Shown one piece after another: positions 20,580 through 29,041 of a stretch of DNA of 64,000 nucleotides. The notes under the pieces are model-generated. The model made no database searches. It was not told the DNA's origin and saw nothing but the letters and a program-made list of their open reading frames with translations. Source of the stretch: Cyanobacteria bacterium P01_A01_bin.123 (GTDB lineage: Bacteria; Cyanobacteriota; Cyanobacteriia; Phormidesmidales; Phormidesmidaceae); contig JBCBZT010000017.1 of assembly GCA_039815185.1 (NCBI GenBank), forward strand, positions 32,001-96,000, given 5' to 3'. Position 1 is the stretch's first letter. Each line of letters starts with the position of its first letter. Position numbers and translations under genes: made by a program.

Positions 20580-21641
20580 ATGACACACGCCAAGCGATCG
20601 CGGCTGTATATTCAACCACCCCTGGGGCCAGAGGCTTGGGTATCAGTTAACTTATCGATGTTGTTTCCGGGGATCGGGCAGTTTTATGGTGGGGCAATTT
20701 TTAAGGGCTTTTTGTTCTCAGTCACAGCGATTTGCTTGCTGATTTACATTGGCTGGTCGTTATTCGCGGCGGAAGGGAATACCCTACGAGGGATCATTGG
20801 TCTACTGATTGGGGCGTTGCTCTATGGCATTAATCTGGTCGATGCCTATCGCAGCTTGAGTCAAAAATCCTCTGGCAAACCCGCTCACAGCAAAAATCAG
20901 CGCTGGTATGCCGTCTTTTTGTCTCAGATTCTGCCTGGTCTGGGGCATTTTTACCAACAGCAAGCGCTGATTGGGGGGCTGTTATTTGGAGTTGGTGTGC
21001 TAACAGCCTTCGGGGCCAACTTCAACCCAGCTTTACTGCCGATTCCGCCGTTTATTTGGGCGATCGCGTGCTACCACATCTATCGCACTGTACCCGATCG
21101 CAAACCTCGCCTGGGCGCGATCGCGGTCGTCATTCTGGGACTCTTAGCCGTACGGTTGACCGTCAGCTACATTCCCGTTTGGGTTGATCGCTCACTGGTG
21201 CAGTGTATTGTCCCCAGCGAGTCCATGGTTCCAACACTGTTAATCAACGACCGAGTTTTCGTCAATCGCCAACCGGGTTTTCGCCCCCAGACCGGAGACA
21301 TTGTGGTGTTTGAACCGCCTGTTGAAGCGATCGCTAAGACGGATGTCGAACCTGAAACTTTACTGGTCAAACGGGTGATTGGCTTGCCGGGTCAAACGGT
21401 GCAAGTTACTCAGGGGCAGGTGTTGATTAATCAAACCCCGTTGGTGGAAGCTTACGAAACGCGATCGCCCACCTACGAATGGGGACCCGCCATTATTCCG
21501 CCAGAGTCTTATTTTGTTTTAGGCGATAACCGCGACTTTAGTGCCGATTCCCATGTGTGGGGTGCTGTCCCCCGCAGTAACTTATTGGGGCCTGCTTACA
21601 AGATTTATTGGCCACCCGCACGGATTCAACCGCTGGATTGA
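20580..21641 (+). CDS. lepB: Signal peptidase I with extended N-terminal membrane domain
   Basis: SESMVPTL (Ser), VKRVIGLPG (Lys), FVLGDNRDFSADSHVWG. Confidence 0.9.
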   Translation: MTHAKRSRLYIQPPLGPEAWVSVNLSMLFPGIGQFYGGAIFKGFLFSVTAICLLIYIGWSLFAAEGNTLRGIIGLLIGALLYGINLVDAYRSLSQKSSGKPAHSKNQRWYAVFLSQILPGLGHFYQQQALIGGLLFGVGVLTAFGANFNPALLPIPPFIWAIACYHIYRTVPDRKPRLGAIAVVILGLLAVRLTVSYIPVWVDRSLVQCIVPSESMVPTLLINDRVFVNRQPGFRPQTGDIVVFEPPVEAIAKTDVEPETLLVKRVIGLPGQTVQVTQGQVLINQTPLVEAYETRSPTYEWGPAIIPPESYFVLGDNRDFSADSHVWGAVPRSNLLGPAYKIYWPPARIQPLD

Positions 21642-22435
21642 TCTTGCCGGACTAACCATTCACCGAAGGCTGTAACTGCCAGCTTTATCTCCTTAAACAC
21701 GGACGGTACCTGTTGAGCTAGTTCTAAAACTCGCTGCCCGTCTAGATCTAAGTTATATAGGTGTCGCGCCCGATGGCGAAAGCGCCGATAAACTTCCAGC
21801 TCAACCAGTAGTGAATTCTCCCAAAGGGTTGGGCGTCCTTGCTTGCCAGGTTCTGCCACTTGCTTCAACAACTGTTCATGCCAGTTACGCCCATCCGGTA
21901 AACCCTCATCTAGCATGACGACAACTCGCTCTGCTAGACGTTCACAGCCAGAATAGAAGTCCTCAATGTAGCCTGCTGCGGCTGGGATTAATGCAATCTC
22001 AGGAATCGTATCAGCTTGCACCAGCAGTAAATTCAGGGTTGTAACCGTTTTTTCAAGCGCAGCCAGCTCATCTTCAAGGCGTATCTTTAAAGCGAGGTAG
22101 GTGTTTTCAGGCATCGGTGTCAGTTGTAAGATGCGATCGCGAATGTGCTCATCGGCCTGCTCAATGGCAACTAAATCAAATGGCAACCAACTGGGTACCG
22201 TTGTCTCTAAACATCGGTAAGCCTCTAAAAGTGACTCGGATGACATCCCACGTACTGCCAAGTCCAAATCTGAGTCATCGTGCCAGGGTGTATCACCTCG
22301 TAAAGACCCAAATACAATCACTTCCTCGGCACCAAAATCTTGCTTTAATAGCTGAACGCATTGTGCAGCGACGACTAAAGCATGTTGTCGCCGTTGTTCT
22401 ACAGAAGATGGTGTTTGGTCTAAAGGTGTTTGCAC
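21626..22435 (-). CDS. Fused minimal nucleotidyltransferase (MNT) and HEPN (HepT-like) RNase
   Basis: FGSLRGDTPWHDDSDLD plus PFDLV (MNT); FYSGCERL, WHEQLL and RHRARHLY = RX4HXY (HEPN). Confidence 0.85.
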   Translation of the reverse strand: MQTPLDQTPSSVEQRRQHALVVAAQCVQLLKQDFGAEEVIVFGSLRGDTPWHDDSDLDLAVRGMSSESLLEAYRCLETTVPSWLPFDLVAIEQADEHIRDRILQLTPMPENTYLALKIRLEDELAALEKTVTTLNLLLVQADTIPEIALIPAAAGYIEDFYSGCERLAERVVVMLDEGLPDGRNWHEQLLKQVAEPGKQGRPTLWENSLLVELEVYRRFRHRARHLYNLDLDGQRVLELAQQVPSVFKEIKLAVTAFGEWLVRQDQSSG

Positions 22436-22605
22436 TACTTCAAAATCTCAGATTCAACCCGCTTCCACATCCAAAAGAATAGGATTTTCTGGAGGGCTTA
22501 AAAAGCTTATAGCCCAGCAACAGGAAATGCCAGCGCTTCTAGTTGCTCAAATTGACTTTGGTCTACCACCATTCTATGCGATCGCATCTTTCTAGCTTTG
22601 ACGCA

Positions 22606-23436
22606 TCACGATTCGGTCTCAGGCGTAATTCTTTTCAATAGCTCGTTAACTTGAATCGCATCTTGAGCCTCGGGGAAAGCTTGCAGATAGGTTTTCAGAT
22701 CTTCTGCTGCTTCGAGAAATCGCCCTTGATGAAAATAAAGTAGGCCGCGATCGCGCTTTTCTTGGCCATTATCAGGCATGACAATTAACAATAATTCAAT
22801 CATTTCTAAGGCTGTCTCAATATCTTCACGGTTGAGAAAAATCAGCTTCAGGTTTGTCAACATGCGTCCCAAAAATTGTCGTGGTGATACGGCAGCGATA
22901 TATTCTGGCCGAAGCGTTGCCGAAGCACCATAAATCTGCTTGATTCGCGCTTCACAGTCGTCCTCAAATAAGATTTCTCCCTGATGAAATCCATCGACAA
23001 ACACCGCCATCTCATTCACCATCGGACGGATTAAAAAATGCCCTGGCATCCCCACCCCTACCATGGGAAAGTCAATCCGACGAGCGACTTCTAAGTAGAC
23101 CAGCGATAGGGTGATGGGAATGCCCAAACGGCGATCAATCACCTGGTTGAGATAGCTATTGCGCGGATCATAATAATCTTCGTCGTTGCCCCTAAACCCC
23201 AAATCCTCAAATAGATGTTGGTTGATGATCTTAATTACTTTGAGGGGATACCGTTCAACGGGCAGGCGCGATTGAATGACTAGGGCCATGTCATCCAAAG
23301 CCTTGAGGTAGGTCTCAATTTGGAGTTGGGGATCAGCGATTTGGGCAATGCACAGTGCCGCTGCCGCTAGATCAACTTGATCATCTGGCTTTTGCAACGC
23401 CTGGGACAGATGCTGATGAGGTAGAGAAAAATCCAT
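22606..23436 (-). CDS. SirB1 family (transglutaminase-like + TPR) protein
   Basis: FRGNDEDYYDPRNSYLNQVIDRRLGIPITL, GMPGHFLIR, RDRGLL. Confidence 0.9.
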   Translation of the reverse strand: MDFSLPHQHLSQALQKPDDQVDLAAAALCIAQIADPQLQIETYLKALDDMALVIQSRLPVERYPLKVIKIINQHLFEDLGFRGNDEDYYDPRNSYLNQVIDRRLGIPITLSLVYLEVARRIDFPMVGVGMPGHFLIRPMVNEMAVFVDGFHQGEILFEDDCEARIKQIYGASATLRPEYIAAVSPRQFLGRMLTNLKLIFLNREDIETALEMIELLLIVMPDNGQEKRDRGLLYFHQGRFLEAAEDLKTYLQAFPEAQDAIQVNELLKRITPETES

Positions 23437-23507
23437 AGTGGGTTAAATTCGCAAATAAGCCCCATCCGAATTGGAAAACGATTGATCTGAGATATGGCCA
23501 AGGTGGG

Positions 23508-25070
23508 TTACCTAGAATAATCCTGGCCTGTGCCGTATTGCAAAGCGTCGCACCAACGACGATAGCGGTATTGCCAAGCGACAGGCAGACTTTTAGCCCA
23601 AGGTTTTGCCTTGCAAGCCAGGGGATAGAGGGCGCTGCTACTCGCTAGATTTCCATAGTGTCCCATCCAGCGTAACAGCTCGGCTGGGCCAACCTGAGGA
23701 ATAATTTTGGCGACTAATGCCGGATGGGCAACAGAGGTTTTGAGTAGGGTTTTAGCCAAAGCGGGAAACTGCACCACATCCTGCAAAAACGGCTTTAAAG
23801 TTGCCTCTCCTAGGCTGGCCATATCTTGAAAGATAGCGGCCAGGGTTTGATTGATTCGGTCGGGGGGGAGGTTTTGGCCCAGATCCACACTCATGGATTT
23901 TTGAAACAACCAGGTGACGGACAAATTGGGTTGGTAGGGTTGCAGCCAGCCTAAGCTTTGGGCGTCTAAACAGTCGTTTCTTAGAGCATCATCAATTCCA
24001 TCGGTCAATCGAGTGAGATGACGAATCATTGCCCCAAAGCCCCCAAAGCTAAGGGGAGATTGGTTGCCGCTGCTGTCGCCCACCGCCAGCGATCGCTCCC
24101 AGGGATATCGCAATGGGCTATCACGATAGCAAGGGAAAAACCCAAACAGGGCACGTTTGACCGTAAGGGCTTCTAGCTCAACCGATTGATATTGGGGTAG
24201 CAGCGTTAGGTAATCTTCAAACAGGGTCTCCAAGCTGGGTCGCTCGGGATGGGCATCTAAGTAGGTGAACAGGTAAGTTGTCCGTCCATCCCGCGCCGGA
24301 AAGGCTTCCCAAAAGTACTGCCGCTGATCCTGAATTGGTGTGAACGAAGCGATCAAGTCTCCTGTTTCATTGCTGGGATACCCCGTAGCGCAGGTCCCCA
24401 CAACGAGACAAACCGCATCGGGTTGTTGTCCGTTACGAGCCTGTCGTGCGATGGGTGAAAAGTGGCCCATCGCATCAATTAACAACCGCGTTGTCAACCC
24501 CTCTCCGGCCGTCCCATTGGCCAGCACCTTAACGCCATCAGCATGAATGACCGCGCCTTCAAAGGCAGTGTGTTCCAGCAAATGTCCTCCTGATGCGAGG
24601 AACTTTTGCTTTAAGGTTTCTAGCAGATAAACCGGGTCAACACCCACGTTGAGTACGTCTTTGACCCATAGATCTTCACCACCGCCAAAGCTAATGCGGG
24701 CGGGATTATATTCGGTCGCGATCGCCTGTTCAAGCTCAGCCGCATTCAATAATCCCAATTCGACCAGCTCAGTGAGTTCTTGACGAGAAATATTCCACTC
24801 TTGATCGCGTCCCCGCAGTTGACCTCTTTCAATTAACGCGATGCGCCATCCCCTCTGGGCCAAGGCTACTCCCAGCAAAATACCCAACGTCCCGCCGCAA
24901 ATTACTGCGTCCCAGTCGATGGCAGTCGTCAAAGGTTCGGGATTCTGTTTAACGACATCAGGAATCGGCATCGTCCCCTCTCGCAGCCCCTGCCAAAGCT
25001 GGTCAGCCTTACGCAGTCCCCCCAAAACGTCTCCGGGTAGCGGACGTAAAATCTGCTCGGTCAAGTTCAT
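23508..25070 (-). CDS. cruP: FAD-dependent oxidoreductase, CruA/CruP lycopene-cyclase-like (probably CruP)
   Basis: ICGGTLG, GRDQEWNISR, DAMGHFSPI, QYFWEAFP, QSPLSFGGFG, PYQPNLSVTWLFQ. Confidence 0.75.
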   Translation of the reverse strand: MNLTEQILRPLPGDVLGGLRKADQLWQGLREGTMPIPDVVKQNPEPLTTAIDWDAVICGGTLGILLGVALAQRGWRIALIERGQLRGRDQEWNISRQELTELVELGLLNAAELEQAIATEYNPARISFGGGEDLWVKDVLNVGVDPVYLLETLKQKFLASGGHLLEHTAFEGAVIHADGVKVLANGTAGEGLTTRLLIDAMGHFSPIARQARNGQQPDAVCLVVGTCATGYPSNETGDLIASFTPIQDQRQYFWEAFPARDGRTTYLFTYLDAHPERPSLETLFEDYLTLLPQYQSVELEALTVKRALFGFFPCYRDSPLRYPWERSLAVGDSSGNQSPLSFGGFGAMIRHLTRLTDGIDDALRNDCLDAQSLGWLQPYQPNLSVTWLFQKSMSVDLGQNLPPDRINQTLAAIFQDMASLGEATLKPFLQDVVQFPALAKTLLKTSVAHPALVAKIIPQVGPAELLRWMGHYGNLASSSALYPLACKAKPWAKSLPVAWQYRYRRWCDALQYGTGQDYSR

Positions 25071-25341
25071 GACAGTCGTCTAATTTTGGAGATCACTGCT
25101 TTCATCCTAACGCTGCCGTTTGCGGTATTAAGTCGTACAAGTGATCGAGAAGCTGCCTTAAGACGAGCTGCTGTAGAAATTGACGCGATCGCCGATCGTC
25201 CCAGCCAAAGTAATCTAGCCATGTCGACCGCAATTCTGGCAGGGCTAATATTAGATAAGGATTTAATCGGTCGGATTTTGAGGAAAGACCTGATGAGCGA
25301 TCTAAGTGTCTGGCTGACGCAAAATGCTGAAAACGAGGTAA

Positions 25342-25692
25342 TTGATGGCTGATTCTGATTTGTCTACGCAAACGACAACCGCCCCTGCTGCCACCACAAA
25401 AGCTTCGCCGCTACGCTGCTTTTTGGGATCTACTGTAGCCGGAGGGCTTTCATTTTTAGCCTATCGACTCACTAGCGCGATCGCGCTGACCTTTGCCAAC
25501 AAACCCATCACCTCAGACAACATCACGGCCCAAAACATTGGTGCAGCAGTCCGCACGCTGGTAATCGGTATTGTCGCCTTGGGTGCAGGCATCTTTGGCA
25601 TTGCGGCTCTCGGCCTCTTTGCCCTGGGCATTCAACTCACAATTCAACGGCTCACGGGCAAATCAGATGCGCCGACTTCTGAAGGCGGATAG
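25342..25692 (+). CDS. DUF3082 family membrane protein
   Basis: SPLRCFLGS...FANKP...NIGAAVRTLVIG, two TMs. Confidence 0.8.
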   Translation: MMADSDLSTQTTTAPAATTKASPLRCFLGSTVAGGLSFLAYRLTSAIALTFANKPITSDNITAQNIGAAVRTLVIGIVALGAGIFGIAALGLFALGIQLTIQRLTGKSDAPTSEGG

Positions 25693-25694
25693 TC

Positions 25695-26093
25695 CTATTG
25701 GGCGGCTTTGTAAGCTGCCCAACCCCCATAGTTGGAAATGTCCTCCCAGCCATGTTCGTCAATCAACGCTTTGGGATATAAAAACGCGATCGCACTGCCA
25801 CCCTCTATCAATTCAACTGATTCAGGATACATGTGGGGCGGTTCATTATTTTTGAGATGCTCATACTGGTCTGCGCTCATTTCATAAAGCTCCCCTGGGA
25901 TCGAAATACCATTGTCAGTGGTGGGGTAAATGCCAGGATGCCAGCCGTCTTTAACCGAATGTAGGCGATATTTAGCAGCGGTCTGGACGGCTCCTAAAAA
26001 CTTTGCATCCTGAAGATTACCGTGATCGGGTTGCCCGCGTAGGGCCGATCCACAGATGAACACAACGGTTGAGATTTGGACGGGTTCTGTCAT
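25695..26093 (-). CDS. Gamma-glutamylcyclotransferase-fold protein resembling the allophanate hydrolase C-terminal domain
   Basis: VFICGSALRGQPDHGNL, VQTAAKYRL, HPGI, ISIPGELYEM, EPP, DISNYGGWAAY. Confidence 0.75.
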   Translation of the reverse strand: MTEPVQISTVVFICGSALRGQPDHGNLQDAKFLGAVQTAAKYRLHSVKDGWHPGIYPTTDNGISIPGELYEMSADQYEHLKNNEPPHMYPESVELIEGGSAIAFLYPKALIDEHGWEDISNYGGWAAYKAAQ

Positions 26094-26341
26094 GGCGATG
26101 GCAACAATGCAGTGAGATGAGCTTTATTTTAAGGCTTAAGGGTTCAGCAGATTAGCGGTCTGTTAGTATAACGCGACACAGTACGCTAGCTGACTCACCC
26201 GCTTAATAGCTACATTGCTATTGATTTTGGCTAGGTATGCCGGATTTTTGCAACTCGGATTGCGATCGCCGTACTATCGAGTTAGCTTCTCCACAGCCGT
26301 TGGCTAAAGCTTGGAATTTCGTAATGTTGTTGGTGTGAGAT

Positions 26342-27517
26342 ATGCAAGATATTGGTGTCACTTCCCAAGCCCCATCAACTCCAGTGACTCCCATGCCAGC
26401 CCCCCAGGTGAAAGGGGTGTCTTTGCGGTCAGTCACGAAAAAGTACGGCGCTGTCACGGCCATCGAAAACGTTACCCTCGACATTCCGGCTGGGTCTTAT
26501 TGCTGCTTGCTTGGCCCTAGCGGTTGTGGCAAAACGACCACCATGCGAATGATTGCAGGCCACGAAGAGATTACCAGTGGTGAAATTTTCATTGGTGATT
26601 TACGCCTGAATGATTTGCCCCCGGCCAAGCGCAACACGGCCATGATGTTTCAAAACTATGCCCTGTTTCCCCACAAAACGGTTTGGCAAAACGTTGAGTT
26701 TGGCCTTAAGATGCGTGGCCTTTCCCAGAGCGAACGGCACTTGCGCGTCGCTGAAATGTTGGAGATTGTTGGGTTAACAGCCTTCGGCGATCGCAAACCT
26801 AACATGCTTAGCGGTGGTCAACAGCAACGGGTTGCCCTCGCCCGTGCTTTAGTCACCCGTCCGGCAGTCTTGCTGCTAGACGAACCCCTCAGCGCCCTCG
26901 ATGAATCGCTACGGATTAAAACCCGTGGTGAACTGCGCAAGCTTCAGCGCCAGTTTGGCATGACCTTTGTCCAGGTTACTCACAATCAAGACGAAGCATA
27001 TTCTCTATCGGATCAAGTGGTCGTGATGGATCATGGCCGGGTTGATCAAGTGGGGGCCCCCCAAGAAATTTTTGCCAAACCGATTTCCCAGTTTGTGGCG
27101 CGCTTCACCGGGGACAACAATATTTTTATCGGACGGGTTGAAAATGCCGTCAATGACGGTCAAGGGTATTTGATTCAGCTTGCCGTAGAAGGTTTAGGGA
27201 CACTTTGGTGTCGGGGAGACTTTGCTCAAGGGGGTGCAATGGCGGCTTGTTGTGTCCGTGCTGATCAACTGCATTTGCAACCCTTAAAAGAACAATCTGA
27301 CCTTGAGTCAAAACCTGCTCAAAATCAAGTTTCGGCCCGAATCACAGCCATTGAATTTACGGGCTATATCACACGGGTCACCCTAGCGTTGGAAAAAACG
27401 GGTGCTGAGGTGCTGTACAAAGCTCGAACTACAGATTGGATGCTTCAACCGCTACACGAAGGCCAAGTAGCCCTGCTTGATTGGTCAGCCCAAAACTGCG
27501 TATTTTTAGCCCACTAG
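26342..27517 (+). CDS. ABC importer ATP-binding subunit (PotA-like, TOBE domain)
   Basis: GPSGCGKTT, FQNYALFPH, LSGGQQQRVALARA, LLLDEPLSALD. Confidence 0.93.
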   Translation: MQDIGVTSQAPSTPVTPMPAPQVKGVSLRSVTKKYGAVTAIENVTLDIPAGSYCCLLGPSGCGKTTTMRMIAGHEEITSGEIFIGDLRLNDLPPAKRNTAMMFQNYALFPHKTVWQNVEFGLKMRGLSQSERHLRVAEMLEIVGLTAFGDRKPNMLSGGQQQRVALARALVTRPAVLLLDEPLSALDESLRIKTRGELRKLQRQFGMTFVQVTHNQDEAYSLSDQVVVMDHGRVDQVGAPQEIFAKPISQFVARFTGDNNIFIGRVENAVNDGQGYLIQLAVEGLGTLWCRGDFAQGGAMAACCVRADQLHLQPLKEQSDLESKPAQNQVSARITAIEFTGYITRVTLALEKTGAEVLYKARTTDWMLQPLHEGQVALLDWSAQNCVFLAH

Positions 27518-27643
27518 CGTTAATTGGGAGTTAACTGTTAAGGCAATTGTTTTTACGTTAGTCAAAACTAGCGATTCCAATGTTCTATCCTCTCGGCACA
27601 CCTCTACTAAGTTGTTCTCTAAGTTACTGAATCAAGAAATACT

Positions 27644-28948
27644 ATGGCTAAGATCTCTCGTCGTAAACTGATCCAAACTGGTCTCGCGGCAGGTGCATTT
27701 GTAACCGCAACGCGCTGTGCGGCTCCCGAAGGGACCCCAGATAACCCGGCTACTGGGCCTGAGGTCAACACCAACGCCTCTAAAGATGTCACCCTGCGTT
27801 TCATTGGTACTGGTGTGTCTCAAATCAACGAGATCCGTGACAAAGCCCAAGAAGATCTAGGCTTTAAGCTGGAAATGCGGGCCTTGAGTACCGAAGAAAA
27901 TAACCAAATTGCCATTACCCAACCAGGACAATACGACGTCTTTGATGGGGAATATTTCAGCTTGCCATTGGTGGTGCCCTCGGGTAACTTGCAACCCATC
28001 GACGTTAAGCGGATTACAAACTTTGACAAGATTGTCTCCTTCTTTACCACAGGCAAATTCGAAGGCATGCCTGTAGAGGGGTCTCAAGGGACTGCCCCCT
28101 ACAAGGTGATGTATCTCCAAGGCCCCGATTCTGCGGAATTTTCAGAAACGCCGACGGACTCCGCTACCCTGATTCCCTTCCAGTACAACGCCGATACCCT
28201 AGGCTACCGCCCTGACATTGTGGGTCGCACCATCGAAACCTGGGGTGAATTGTTCAACGAAGAATTCAGGGGCAAGACCTCCATCCTTGATATTCCTCAA
28301 ATCGGCATCATGGATGCGGCAATGGTGGTTGAATCCCTCGGGTTAATGTCCTTTGGCGACAAAGGAGCCATGACCAAAGAAGAAATCGACCAGCTCACGG
28401 AAATCCTCAAAGAGCAAAAGGCTAATGGTCAGTTCCGTGCCTTTTGGAAGACCTTTGATGAATCAGTCAACTTGATGACCTCCGGTGAAGTCGTGCTGCA
28501 ATCCATGTGGTCACCAGCGGTGACGGCGGTACAGTCCCAAGGGATTGAATGTATCTATGCCCCACTGAAGGAAGGCTATCGCGGTTGGGGTGGCGGCATT
28601 GGCCTCTCCAAAAATCTAGAAGGCATGGCCCTAGACGCAGCCTATGAGTATATCAACTGGATGCTCGATGGCTGGGTGGGTGCTTTTCTAGGACGTCAGG
28701 GCTATTACAGCGCTGTACCTGAAACAGCCAAGACCTTTATGAGTGAAGCGGAATGGGCCTACTGGTATGAAGGGCAAGCTGCACCCGAAGACATTATTGA
28801 TCCCTTTGGTAAGACCTTAGCCAAGGCTGGTGCAGTCCGTGACGGTGGCACCTTTGAAGAACGCTTTGGCAACATTGTGGTGTGGAACTCGACGATGAGC
28901 GAGAACACCTATTTGGTGCAAAAGTGGAATGAGTTCATTGCATCTTAA
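27644..28948 (+). CDS. ABC importer substrate-binding protein (PotD/PotF-like) with Tat-type signal
   Basis: SRRKLIQ twin-arginine motif and a Cys after the hydrophobic stretch; WGELF, MWSPAV, KEGYRGWGGG. Confidence 0.85.
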   Translation: MAKISRRKLIQTGLAAGAFVTATRCAAPEGTPDNPATGPEVNTNASKDVTLRFIGTGVSQINEIRDKAQEDLGFKLEMRALSTEENNQIAITQPGQYDVFDGEYFSLPLVVPSGNLQPIDVKRITNFDKIVSFFTTGKFEGMPVEGSQGTAPYKVMYLQGPDSAEFSETPTDSATLIPFQYNADTLGYRPDIVGRTIETWGELFNEEFRGKTSILDIPQIGIMDAAMVVESLGLMSFGDKGAMTKEEIDQLTEILKEQKANGQFRAFWKTFDESVNLMTSGEVVLQSMWSPAVTAVQSQGIECIYAPLKEGYRGWGGGIGLSKNLEGMALDAAYEYINWMLDGWVGAFLGRQGYYSAVPETAKTFMSEAEWAYWYEGQAAPEDIIDPFGKTLAKAGAVRDGGTFEERFGNIVVWNSTMSENTYLVQKWNEFIAS

Positions 28949-29041
28949 ATCTCAATTTCAACCTTATTCACATCTGTGGGAATAAGATAGGGGCGATACA
29001 GGCGTTGCTCACACGACGCGATCGCCCCGCAAAAACTTTTT

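Noticed and set aside
25086..25371. ORFs 25086-25352 (+) and 25102-25371 (-)
   Set aside because: They cover the divergent promoter region, overlap the DUF3082 start and have no recognisable motifs
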